64,000 bases of DNA from the sequence record NC_061448.1; one strand, given 5' to 3'. Below, in pieces: positions 25,874-34,907 of the stretch. The notes under the pieces were generated by a model. That model was given only the letters and a program-made list of their open reading frames with translations. It did no database searches and was not told the DNA's origin. Numbering within the stretch: the stretch's first letter is position 1; every line of letters begins with the position of its first letter. The position numbers and the translations under genes were made by a program.

Positions 25874-26411
25874 AGTCGTATTGAGCGCGGAAGAGATTGC
25901 AGACGGCGTTGCCAAAATCAATCACGCATTGCTGCAAGTTGGTCTGCGTTGCAACGAAGGTGATGTTGGTTATGAAACGCTGTACACCGATGATCGTGGT
26001 GAAACGCAAGGTGGCTGGTACGCCGAGTTCGATAAGAAGTCCCGCGACAAGTTGCGTGAGTCAAAGCGAGTGTCGTGGCGTAACACTGGCATGATTAGCG
26101 GTGACACGCTTGATAGCATTCTGCGTACTGCTGCAAGTCTGAAATTCCGCAACTATGGCAAAGAGCCTAGCCCAACTCAGATTAAGAAGGTGGCGCACAT
26201 GATGACCAAAGAGGGTGCCACACAGAGAGCGCTTGAGATCTTCAACTCAGCCCAGCCTCTGTCTGATTCAGATCTAAATCTGTGTATCGAACACTTCCGC
26301 TCACTGGAAGCGTTAATCAAAGTTGACCCGATGTTGAAGCTCGCGCAGCCATACGTCGTGAACAACCTGTATCAACTCGAAAACTACTTACACGCACGTA
26401 AGATGAAGTAA
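25848..26411 (+). CDS. Hypothetical protein (start may be 25860)
   Basis: ORF before terminator. Confidence 0.75.
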   Translation: MDETMKKNEVVLSAEEIADGVAKINHALLQVGLRCNEGDVGYETLYTDDRGETQGGWYAEFDKKSRDKLRESKRVSWRNTGMISGDTLDSILRTAASLKFRNYGKEPSPTQIKKVAHMMTKEGATQRALEIFNSAQPLSDSDLNLCIEHFRSLEALIKVDPMLKLAQPYVVNNLYQLENYLHARKMK

Positions 26412-26417
26412 CAATCA

Positions 26418-26446
26418 TGGGAGACTCCTCACGGGGTTTCCCATTA
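26418..26446 (+). terminator. Hairpin/terminator
   Basis: TGGGAGACTCC-TCAC-GGGGTTTCCCA. Confidence 0.65.
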
Positions 26447-26469
26447 GTCATTTCTGGAGCAAATTTCAC

Positions 26470-27450
26470 ATGAGATTCGGATTCGCCTGCAAGCTAATCG
26501 ACGAGAAAGGCAAACAACCCTACCCAAACAAAAGTCTAAGCTACAAGCACTTCTCAAAACTTAGTCTCGACGAACGACGCCAGAAGTTGCGTGAGATCGT
26601 AACAGTCAATCTAACGTCGTTGTACGATATGATTGCCCACGTCGGTATGTTGCGCCGAGACATGCGTATGTTTCGAATCACCAGTGAACTACTTCCGTTG
26701 TACACGCACCCGCAAGTAACGCATCTCTACCAAGAGCGTGAACTCGCCGCGCATATCGAACACTGGTTGTGGAAGTGCGGTACGTTGGCACAAGGCGCTG
26801 GCGTTAGACTTTCGTTTCACCCCGGTCAGTTCACCGTGCTTGCATCTGATCGACCTGACGTTGTGCTCAACTCGATTAACGAACTTGAGTACCATGCGTA
26901 CTGCGCCTATCACATGGGGTACGGTCGTCGCTTTCAAGACTTCAAAATCAACATTCACCTGAGCGGTAGACTTGGTGCAAAAGGGTTTCGTGCAGCACAC
27001 TCGAAACTTTCTGATCACTGCCGAAAGATGTTGACCGTTGAGAACGACGAGATCACGTCCAGCATTGAAGACTGTTTAGAACTCGCCGACATTTGCCCGA
27101 TAGTTCTCGATGTTCATCATCACTGGGTAATGACAAACGAATACATTCAGCCGACAGATGATCGTGTTCAACGTGTCATAGAGTCATGGCGAGGCATCAC
27201 GCCTGTTGCTCACTACTCTGTGTCGAAGCCTGAGTTCGTGCCGTCACGTGGTTTGCCAGATCAAAACAAGCTCGCTGCTAATCGTATGCAGTTACGCGCA
27301 CACTCTGACTACTATCACAATGACGACGTAAACGACTGGGCCCTCAGCTTCACTGATTTTGACTTGATGTGCGAGTCTAAAGCTAAAAACAGAGCACGTA
27401 TAAAACTGGCTTGTTTTCGAGCGAACTCTGCAAATAACTGGACAAAATAA
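26470..27450 (+). CDS. uvsE: UV damage endonuclease UvsE/UvdE
   Basis: MRFGFAC, RMFRITSELLP, RLSFHPGQF, INIH, LTVENDE, DVHHH, HSDY, MCESKAK. Confidence 0.92.
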   Translation: MRFGFACKLIDEKGKQPYPNKSLSYKHFSKLSLDERRQKLREIVTVNLTSLYDMIAHVGMLRRDMRMFRITSELLPLYTHPQVTHLYQERELAAHIEHWLWKCGTLAQGAGVRLSFHPGQFTVLASDRPDVVLNSINELEYHAYCAYHMGYGRRFQDFKINIHLSGRLGAKGFRAAHSKLSDHCRKMLTVENDEITSSIEDCLELADICPIVLDVHHHWVMTNEYIQPTDDRVQRVIESWRGITPVAHYSVSKPEFVPSRGLPDQNKLAANRMQLRAHSDYYHNDDVNDWALSFTDFDLMCESKAKNRARIKLACFRANSANNWTK

Positions 27451-27483
27451 GGCTTGTTTTCGATGGTTGCCCTATGTTACAAT
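27430..27483 (+). promoter_or_regulatory. Conserved phage promoter, copy 4
   Basis: GCAAATAACTGGACAAAAT; 33 nt; TG-T-TACAAT. Confidence 0.85.
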
Positions 27484-27540
27484 GTATGTGAGCACTTTAA
27501 TCGCGTTTTTCACATATAATAAGACAGAGGAAATAAGACT

Positions 27541-27843
27541 ATGATGTCCACAACAACCATCGCTACTAAAGCAAGCGTTACACCGTCCGCCAAGCATTCT
27601 TTTGGTATCACAGGTATCACGCCTACCAATCGTATCTCCTGCGTTTGGCCCGGCGCACTGGAAGTTCCTGCTCATATTAAACGTTGGTGCCGCGCGAACG
27701 AAATCTTGACCGACCTTGATGCTTACATGCGTGTTCGTTTCAAAGGTCGTCGCGCAGACATTCTGAATCTGGTTGCTAAACACCTTGCACCGGACAATCA
27801 AGAACTGGCTGTTCGTATTCTCGCAACTATCACCGAGGCTTAA
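27541..27843 (+). CDS. Hypothetical protein (100 aa)
   Basis: SD GAGGA; first ORF after promoter. Confidence 0.8.
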   Translation: MMSTTTIATKASVTPSAKHSFGITGITPTNRISCVWPGALEVPAHIKRWCRANEILTDLDAYMRVRFKGRRADILNLVAKHLAPDNQELAVRILATITEA

Positions 27844-27844
27844 A

Positions 27845-28108
27845 ATGAAAGTTCAACCGCTGGAAGCTATGTATGGTGCTACGAACACCAATACGCCGTT
27901 AGTCGAAAAACGAGGCTTCCGTCCTGTCGAATCAAAATACGTCGATGGAACGGAGGTTAGATTACAGAAGTTATCACACGATATACATGAACGTGTGGTT
28001 GTGGGTTACGATCAATTTGGTCGTGCTGTGTATGGAACGCAGACACCGCAATCAACGTTCGAAGTGCGTGACAGCAAGGAAAGCGAACCGAATAAAACGG
28101 CGCCCTAG
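27845..28108 (+). CDS. Hypothetical protein (87 aa)
   Basis: SD GAGG. Confidence 0.7.
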   Translation: MKVQPLEAMYGATNTNTPLVEKRGFRPVESKYVDGTEVRLQKLSHDIHERVVVGYDQFGRAVYGTQTPQSTFEVRDSKESEPNKTAP

Positions 28109-28183
28109 CAAGCTCACAACCAGAAGCCATAGAATAACCCAAACAATAAATTCATGCGCTGACCTATCGTGGGGTGTCTTAAA

Positions 28184-28561
28184 ATGATCGTTATTTGTAA
28201 CTCTTCAAAACAGTTTTGTCCTGACCGTCTCGCACATGGGGACGCTTTTGTCTTTGGTAAGACTCGCATGTTGTTACGTGCAGACTTCTTAGTTCTGACC
28301 GATAAAAATAATAGCATGTATGTAGTACGCAAATCTGATGTTGTATGGGCTCCCGAGCTTACGGGCGCGACGCATGTGATTAAGATCCGGGCGTTCGCCC
28401 AGATTAAGCCGTTCGAACTCAACGCAGCATGTCCACAGTTCAATAGCCGCGTATTCGGGACAATCGCGTTCCGCAATCCGCACTTCGAACACAGACTGAA
28501 TGGTCTGAAATATGTAGAGACAATCTTCGGAGGTTTACATGGCTCGGTATCATGTGTTTAG
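28184..28561 (+). CDS. Hypothetical protein
   Basis: SD GGGG. Confidence 0.65.
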   Translation: MIVICNSSKQFCPDRLAHGDAFVFGKTRMLLRADFLVLTDKNNSMYVVRKSDVVWAPELTGATHVIKIRAFAQIKPFELNAACPQFNSRVFGTIAFRNPHFEHRLNGLKYVETIFGGLHGSVSCV

Positions 28562-28787
28562 TGCAACGCATAAGTATTTCGGTGAAGCGTATGAAGGTAC
28601 TTGGCTGAAAGAGATTGCTCTCAACGGCCAGCAAGTTACCCGCGCTGAGTTCCCCAACTTTGACGAAGCAAAAGAATGCGCCGATAAGTTGCATGAGGTT
28701 TGCGATATAGGGTGGATCGTGTATAACGCTTTCTCCGAACGCGCAATGTACGATACCCGCACAGAGCAAGGCGAGTCTGTAAAGTAA
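28539..28787 (+). CDS. Hypothetical protein (82 aa)
   Basis: SD GGAGG. Confidence 0.75.
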   Translation: MARYHVFSATHKYFGEAYEGTWLKEIALNGQQVTRAEFPNFDEAKECADKLHEVCDIGWIVYNAFSERAMYDTRTEQGESVK

Positions 28788-28864
28788 TAGCAGCCTCGCC
28801 TGCACCTATTCTTAACGTGGCGCTTACGGGCTTCACAACAATTCACTATCAATTGAGGTTCCAA

Positions 28865-29374
28865 ATGAAATTCACTGCTATCGCTATCGCACTGGTTATG
28901 TCTGCTTCTGCATCCGCTGCAAACTTCAAAGCACCTGCTCCAGCTGCGGGTATGCAGTCGACCGGCATGTCTATCTCTGATCGTCTGGATGATAGCTGCC
29001 TGAGCAAGCTGTCTACCGCGCATGACCTGCGTGATGCTGTGGTTGACTTCGCTGTATCACGCGATGCTATCGACACTATTGCACTTTGGCCTCTGGTCTG
29101 TGCGCCGACTGTTGAAGCTAAATCAATCAACGTCGAGCGCATGGGCTCCGACCTGACTCTGACCTACATCAATAAAGACGCAAAGCTGCCTAAGCTCGTT
29201 ATGGTGTTACAGCGCGTCAAGTCTGAGAACGATGATGATGCACCTGCATATCAGATCGTTCAGATCGGTGATATGAATGCTATGGGCTACGAAGAACAGT
29301 CCGCAGTTAAAGACTGGTTGCTTGATTGCTACGCAGCCACTGTACAAGACGATATGGTGGCGGCGCTGAACTGA
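28865..29374 (+). CDS. Secreted/periplasmic protein with Sec signal peptide
   Basis: MKFTAIAIALVMSASASA|ANF; SD GAGG. Confidence 0.8.
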   Translation: MKFTAIAIALVMSASASAANFKAPAPAAGMQSTGMSISDRLDDSCLSKLSTAHDLRDAVVDFAVSRDAIDTIALWPLVCAPTVEAKSINVERMGSDLTLTYINKDAKLPKLVMVLQRVKSENDDDAPAYQIVQIGDMNAMGYEEQSAVKDWLLDCYAATVQDDMVAALN

Positions 29375-29679
29375 TGAAAGGTAAAAAGTTAGACGTATTC
29401 CTGCAACAACGCACTGCAATAAACAAAGTCGCCTCAAGTCCACAAGACTGGGAGACTTATAAAGAAATGCTGTTGAACATACGGCTTGCAGTTGCAGTTG
29501 ACCCGCGCCCTGATGCTGCTGTGCGACACTTAGCACGTACTTGGCACGCCGAAAAGAAATATGCGCTCCCTGTCTGTCAGGCTACGCTTCTGAAACTGAT
29601 GACGTTGAAGAAAGCGAACCAAACGCTTGAAGAAATGATCGCGCTTTACATTGACCTTGAGGAAGGACCGAAGAAATGA
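29374..29679 (+). CDS. Hypothetical protein (101 aa)
   Basis: TGATG coupling. Confidence 0.7.
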   Translation: MKGKKLDVFLQQRTAINKVASSPQDWETYKEMLLNIRLAVAVDPRPDAAVRHLARTWHAEKKYALPVCQATLLKLMTLKKANQTLEEMIALYIDLEEGPKK

Positions 29680-30848
29680 ATGATATTACCAGTATTGCTC
29701 GCAGCATTTTTGAACGTGGTACTACCGAACAACGTGACGCGTTACGTGCTGTTGCGAATACCGTGCTTGTGCCTAACATGCGACTCGCTTATGAGTTTGC
29801 TGAACCTACAGTTGAAGAAACGTATCGCCTGCTTGAGGGTATTTCGTTTACAGGCGACGGTAAGATGATGCTGCCGGGTGACGAGATCTATGCTCTCGAT
29901 AATCTTCTGCGTAAAGAGTGGCAGAAGACTTTCTTCGACGCTGTTGCGAACATGACGCTTACCATGTTCTGCACTGACCCGCATACTGCCGGAAAAGGCT
30001 TTTGGCCGCGCAATAACAGCGAATGCTGTGAGTTTATCACACGCGCCTTTATCTGGACGATTGCTCAACACGGCCTGACCAACATTCTGCTGCGTGATAC
30101 AAAAGTCGTAAGCCACACGCGTCTGGCGCAGTTTATCATTGCGCTGCAAACAGAAGGTAAAGACGATGGCTATGCGCGTCATTTCAGTTTGTATGACCCA
30201 CATTCAGATACAGGCAGTATCACTGTTTCCAACCTGTGGTCTGACGAATACAAAGCGGCCCGAGTGAGTGAGACTATTGCTAGTCGACCGCCAGAATACG
30301 ATGATGTTCGCCGCATGAACTTCGATGACCTTGCTGATCTGTGTGAGCGTCTTGGACTTATTGCATTGAAGTCTCAGCCTGACTGCGATTGTGAAGATGA
30401 CGATTGCGAATGCGACGAGCTGGTAACTCGTCACGATCTTGACCGCGACCCTGACGACCTGCGCGAAATCTTCTACGCCAAGTACGGCGACCCTGACGAC
30501 GAAGGTGTTGTAGACGAAGAAGACTGGATTACAGGCGCTTCACTCATGGAAGTTGAAGTCGATCTGCCTGTTGTTACTCTGCATCAGCCTGAGCCTAAAA
30601 CAAATCTGCCGCGCGCTTCTCACATGAAAAAGAAAAAGCCGATGGCGAAATCTACTAACAAGAGCCGCGTGGTTCTTCGAGCAGACCAGCAGATTTGGCA
30701 TGAGCTGGACAGCAAGCAAGAGTTCGGTGATCGTCGTTTTGCTATCACTCTCGTATCGCGTCATACGTGTGGTATCAATCGACCTGTCGCAACGAACAAT
30801 GAAGCGCTCGCTATCGCATACGCCCTATTAGCGCTAGAAAGCAAATAA
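29676..30848 (+). CDS. Hypothetical protein (390 aa) with HeH-like module and Cys/acid-rich insert
   Basis: DVRRMNFDDLADLCERLGL...DCDCEDDDCECD...DPDDLREIF. Confidence 0.8.
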   Translation: MNDITSIARSIFERGTTEQRDALRAVANTVLVPNMRLAYEFAEPTVEETYRLLEGISFTGDGKMMLPGDEIYALDNLLRKEWQKTFFDAVANMTLTMFCTDPHTAGKGFWPRNNSECCEFITRAFIWTIAQHGLTNILLRDTKVVSHTRLAQFIIALQTEGKDDGYARHFSLYDPHSDTGSITVSNLWSDEYKAARVSETIASRPPEYDDVRRMNFDDLADLCERLGLIALKSQPDCDCEDDDCECDELVTRHDLDRDPDDLREIFYAKYGDPDDEGVVDEEDWITGASLMEVEVDLPVVTLHQPEPKTNLPRASHMKKKKPMAKSTNKSRVVLRADQQIWHELDSKQEFGDRRFAITLVSRHTCGINRPVATNNEALAIAYALLALESK

Positions 30849-30893
30849 CTGGACAAACTAGCGCTTCTATCTGAGGCGCTTCTATGATATAAT
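30841..30893 (+). promoter_or_regulatory. Conserved phage promoter, copy 5
   Basis: GCAAATAACTGGACAAAC; 32 nt; TG-A-TATAAT. Confidence 0.85.
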
Positions 30894-30960
30894 CATAGAT
30901 AGAGCAATATCGCTCTCAACGTCTTTTTTAACTATACGTTTATAACGGGAATTGTCATTT

Positions 30961-31263
30961 ATGTCACGCACTATTTCACGCAAGAAAGCAGTTAACCTGA
31001 TGGCTACAACCTACAACGCAAAACATCCTGAATATCTTCCGCGCCTGTTGGCAGAAGACATGGATTCAACTCACCTGTTCGAATTTCGTGAGATGGTTGT
31101 AGCAAAGATTCAGGCAGGCGAAGACCCGACCAAAGTTGTTGACGATATGATCGACACGGCGATTCGCGTAACTCAGGTTCGTCGTCGTACAAGCAACGAT
31201 TACAATCCGAAAATCGCCGATGTACTGACTGACGAAATGCGTGAGATGCTTCGTAACCTGTAA
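30961..31263 (+). CDS. Hypothetical protein (100 aa)
   Basis: First ORF after promoter 5. Confidence 0.75.
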   Translation: MSRTISRKKAVNLMATTYNAKHPEYLPRLLAEDMDSTHLFEFREMVVAKIQAGEDPTKVVDDMIDTAIRVTQVRRRTSNDYNPKIADVLTDEMREMLRNL

Positions 31264-31271
31264 GGATAAAA

Positions 31272-31826
31272 ATGAAAAGCTACGGTTACTTTTATATTCT
31301 GAACCACATCGCTATGGCCGTAGATGCACCCAACAAGGAAGTTGGGTTCAAATCTCTCGTTGAACTGGACATGTTCAATCGCGCATCTATCTTTACGCGT
31401 CCTGACGCTGAACCACGCGCTGCGAAAATCGTGCGTGATTTGACTGAGGCGCTTTACCCTAAGTCTGCTGATACTAACCCGACTGTAGAGCAACGCATGA
31501 TGCTTGTGCAAGCTCTGCACGATCAAGAACTCGAATCTATTGTCGGTGGCATTCGCTTCTTCGTACCGTTCGCGTATACGAAAGAGCAACTGACCGAGCA
31601 GTTCGGTTTCTTCGATACAGGTGAAGCGCTTAACGTGCCGTACTTCTTGCGTCACATGTTCATGGATGATCAAGCTGTGTTCTGTGACGGTAAGCTCACT
31701 AGCTTCGCACATTGTTGCGCACACGGTGAACTGTCTCAGACCGCTCGACAGTATGGTCTCTTCCCTGCTCAGGCGTATGGCAAGAACAACATCCCTGAGC
31801 GCTACAAACATCTGCCTCTGTTCTAG
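31272..31826 (+). CDS. Hypothetical protein (184 aa)
   Basis: SD AAGGA. Confidence 0.8.
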   Translation: MKSYGYFYILNHIAMAVDAPNKEVGFKSLVELDMFNRASIFTRPDAEPRAAKIVRDLTEALYPKSADTNPTVEQRMMLVQALHDQELESIVGGIRFFVPFAYTKEQLTEQFGFFDTGEALNVPYFLRHMFMDDQAVFCDGKLTSFAHCCAHGELSQTARQYGLFPAQAYGKNNIPERYKHLPLF

Positions 31827-31838
31827 GAGACAACGCTC

Positions 31839-32297
31839 ATGGGAGTTGTTCACGGTATAACAGCAACCACGTTCCCTGCACGGGGACGTGACGAGGGCCA
31901 GAAGATTGCTCTCAAGTCTCGCTGGGGAATCTACCCAGCGACTATCGTGCGTCAAGACAACGATCAGCCATACAATGAGATATGGAAGATTGACGCAAAG
32001 AATCTGCCGCGTCGTTACTTCAAACAAGATGAAGACCTGTTTGTGTCTCGTCGCTTTCTTGAAGACTACGCGAAGCATTCACCAATCTGCCCTAAAGGTG
32101 AATTTGAAAATCAGTTCGTTGATGTTGTGTTTGACTACGACACAGCGAACAAATGCGAAGGCGTTGTTGTGACGCATCGCGACCAGCTCTTGGTAATTTT
32201 GATTACTACGGGTCCGCACTCCGGTCGCTACGTCACTGGCAAAGAATGTCAGTACGCACCACGACCTCGTTCCACTAAAGACTTAATCGACAACTAA
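31839..32297 (+). CDS. Hypothetical protein (152 aa)
   Basis: SD AGGAG. Confidence 0.8.
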   Translation: MGVVHGITATTFPARGRDEGQKIALKSRWGIYPATIVRQDNDQPYNEIWKIDAKNLPRRYFKQDEDLFVSRRFLEDYAKHSPICPKGEFENQFVDVVFDYDTANKCEGVVVTHRDQLLVILITTGPHSGRYVTGKECQYAPRPRSTKDLIDN

Positions 32298-32307
32298 GGA
32301 TATAAGA

Positions 32308-32844
32308 ATGCAATTCACAGTCAAACCAGAAGAACGCTTCCCTGACTTTATTCCACCTAAGCGTGGATCAGCGAAAGCTGCTGGCTTCGACCTGTTCGCT
32401 CAGGAAGATATGATCATCACTGGCGACACAGTGCTGTTTGATTTGGGCTTCCGTGCTCGCGTACCGAAAGATCACGTTGGCATCATCTTCCCACGCAGCG
32501 GTCTGGGTGCTAAGTTTCAGGTGCAGTTGTCGAACACTACCGGCATCATCGACGAAGACTACAATGGTATCTGGATGGCCGCTATTCACCTCGGAGGCAA
32601 AGGCACTCAGGTAGAACAACTCGAATGGCTGAGTGCTACCTATCTGAAAAGCAGTCTGGAAGAAATCCCAGACATTGATGACGACGAAGATGTTAAGTCA
32701 TTGCTGATCAAACGCGGCGAAGCATACGCACAAGTGCTGTTCTTCCCTGTGCCGGAAGTTGAAGTCGTAATCACCCACGAAGAACTGCCTGAAACAGAAC
32801 GTGGTGATGGTGGCTTCGGGTCCACCACGAAAGCGAGTGAGTAA
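32308..32844 (+). CDS. dut: Trimeric dUTPase with acidic insertion
   Basis: AAGFDL, PRSGLG, GIIDEDYNG, GEAYAQ, RGDGGFGST. Confidence 0.95.
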   Translation: MQFTVKPEERFPDFIPPKRGSAKAAGFDLFAQEDMIITGDTVLFDLGFRARVPKDHVGIIFPRSGLGAKFQVQLSNTTGIIDEDYNGIWMAAIHLGGKGTQVEQLEWLSATYLKSSLEEIPDIDDDEDVKSLLIKRGEAYAQVLFFPVPEVEVVITHEELPETERGDGGFGSTTKASE

Positions 32845-33052
32845 TCTTCTCGTTCTGTTCGCTGCCTACTATGTTGTAGGCATTATTCAGTTCGCAAGAG
32901 AACTGCGATCTACATCGAACGATGATCCCGAAGTCAAAGCGTTCAATCGCAGCATGGACGATCAGTCCAATGTCCAAGTTCTCTGGACTGGACTCAAACT
33001 CGCTATGGCGGTAGTATTCATTCACATTCCGTGTTGGATATTCCGTATATAG
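32837..33052 (+). CDS. Small membrane protein
   Basis: GTG start overlapping dut stop; two hydrophobic segments. Confidence 0.6.
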   Translation: MSNLLVLFAAYYVVGIIQFARELRSTSNDDPEVKAFNRSMDDQSNVQVLWTGLKLAMAVVFIHIPCWIFRI

Positions 33053-33067
33053 TGATGCTACTCACAC

Positions 33068-33093
33068 GAGGGGCCTTACGTGGGCTCCTCATT
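33068..33093 (+). terminator. Hairpin/terminator
   Basis: GAGGGGCCT-TACGT-GGGCTCCTC. Confidence 0.6.
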
Positions 33094-33110
33094 ATCGTAA
33101 TATAAACACT

Positions 33111-33425
33111 ATGGCAAAGAAAACTTATCTGCTGCCCCGTGAGCGACCTAGCCCGTTGCCAAACTTACGAGCCTATCTCGCGTTTCTCGCCCGGAAGCCT
33201 AACGCTAATCGCGCAGTATTAGAATCGTATTGTAATGCAAGTCTGGCTCAAATGCGCCGCCACCGTTTCTTTGTAGGTAAGCTCTTTGGCTACAAGGTGT
33301 ATACGAAATCGAACAAGCTCGCATACACGGTTGTGTGGATCGACCCATACAACTACGATTGTCTTGTTCTGAATCATCAAAGGAGAATAGTAGAGTTCAA
33401 AAACCTTTACGGCCTGCTTTTATAG
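33111..33425 (+). CDS. Hypothetical basic protein (104 aa)
   Basis: ORF between hairpins. Confidence 0.65.
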   Translation: MAKKTYLLPRERPSPLPNLRAYLAFLARKPNANRAVLESYCNASLAQMRRHRFFVGKLFGYKVYTKSNKLAYTVVWIDPYNYDCLVLNHQRRIVEFKNLYGLLL

Positions 33426-33462
33426 TTAGGTCCTAGCGCCTTCACACTAGGGGAATCTTCCG

Positions 33463-34140
33463 ATGATAACTGTTCTTAACAATCGTACCGACGAGGTAAT
33501 TAAACGCCTGAACGTAGCAGTATGGGTCTGTGTCGCAATCATGTTTGCTGTCTTCATTGCAGTCGTGAGCAACGCACGAGCCAGTATGTCTACAGGCCCT
33601 GACAACGCCATTGATCTTTCATCCTCCGTGTCACTCGATCCCTCCAATCGCGTGGCAACTAAATACAAGGAGATAGAAAAGGCAGTAGCAGCCAAAGAGG
33701 AACGAAGGCCAAAACGCTATGTAACACGCGAGCGCCTCCGGCAACTCTATGCTCACTTGCCTCATCCGTCTGACTTAGGCAAGCAGATTGATTTGGCCGC
33801 AGAGAAGTACAACGTAGATGCAAAACTGCTTCTATCAATTTGCGTGTCCGAGTCGCATCTTCGTGCAAAGGTCAGAAATAAGTCTGGTGCCACGGGCCTG
33901 TGTCAAATCATGCCTAACATGCACGGACGTTCTGTTAAGGAGCTGCAAGATTACCGCATCAATGTTAATCAAGCCGCTCAGATTGTTGCGTTACTAAACA
34001 AGCAGTGTAAAGGCAGACGCGCTTGCGTTATCCAAAGCTACAACACTGGTTGGGGAGCATATTTGAAAGGGGTACGTGCCCCTCAATATTTAGCGAAAGT
34101 ACAGACTGAGTATCGCCGCAAGCATACTCCATCTTCTTAA
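33463..34140 (+). CDS. Lytic transglycosylase (SLT domain) with N-terminal TM/signal anchor
   Basis: AAEKYNVDAKLLLSICVSES, GATGLCQIMP, SYNTG; hydrophobic residues 17-36. Confidence 0.88.
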   Translation: MITVLNNRTDEVIKRLNVAVWVCVAIMFAVFIAVVSNARASMSTGPDNAIDLSSSVSLDPSNRVATKYKEIEKAVAAKEERRPKRYVTRERLRQLYAHLPHPSDLGKQIDLAAEKYNVDAKLLLSICVSESHLRAKVRNKSGATGLCQIMPNMHGRSVKELQDYRINVNQAAQIVALLNKQCKGRRACVIQSYNTGWGAYLKGVRAPQYLAKVQTEYRRKHTPSS

Positions 34141-34154
34141 TCGAGGACATAATA

Positions 34155-34841
34155 ATGAACATCAATATCACCGCACTGTACAAGATGCAATTCCAGTTAC
34201 TGAAACCTCTGTCTCCGCGTCAAGAGTATGCGCTCGTCGTATTGCTCTGCGACAACATTCAGGAAGGTGATGTGGCTGCACTGGCAGAAGTAATCGTTCG
34301 TGACTATCCGCATGTTGCGCGTCTGTATGATGCGTTCGCTGCTGCTAACCAGTACGAAAACGCTGTGCCGTTCATCGTGCCTGTGTTGAACTCCGAAGAA
34401 GTCACCGAAGAGATCTTCTGCATTCAGAATCACGCGCTGGTCGTTGCACCGGAACTGCGTGATGCTCTGTATCAGGCTCTGACTCGCGTTGTAATGATGC
34501 GTGAAACGCCTGACGAATTGCTGATGCGCGAAGGCGCTGAACTGATTCTGGTGCACGACGCTCTGCCGTTCCTGCTCGGTCAGTTTGTTGACAGTATGCT
34601 CGACGCGTACAATTGCGGTGTGCTGCCTATGGTTGTTCGTCCTTCGAAAGACCAACAGGCTATGCGTGATGATCGTCTGCTGTCGTTTGAGATGTTGCGT
34701 GACAGCAATATGTTCTCTGGTAGTCTGGACTTCACTAAAGCTCTACAGCCGAGCGAGAAAGCTAAAGCGATTGCTGCCCAGCTTATCTCTCGTCTGCGTA
34801 GCGTCAAGCCAGCACATGGCTATGATGCAGTAGCACAATAA
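34155..34841 (+). CDS. Hypothetical protein (228 aa)
   Basis: SD GAGGA. Confidence 0.8.
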   Translation: MNINITALYKMQFQLLKPLSPRQEYALVVLLCDNIQEGDVAALAEVIVRDYPHVARLYDAFAAANQYENAVPFIVPVLNSEEVTEEIFCIQNHALVVAPELRDALYQALTRVVMMRETPDELLMREGAELILVHDALPFLLGQFVDSMLDAYNCGVLPMVVRPSKDQQAMRDDRLLSFEMLRDSNMFSGSLDFTKALQPSEKAKAIAAQLISRLRSVKPAHGYDAVAQ

Positions 34842-34846
34842 AACTC

Positions 34847-34877
34847 AACGGGAGACCTTAACTGGTTTCCCGTTTTT
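34847..34877 (+). terminator. Rho-independent terminator
   Basis: AACGGGAGACC-TTAACT-GGTTTCCCGTT-TTT. Confidence 0.85.
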
Positions 34878-34907
34878 CATTTCTGCGCAAATTTTGAGAC
34901 TACGACA

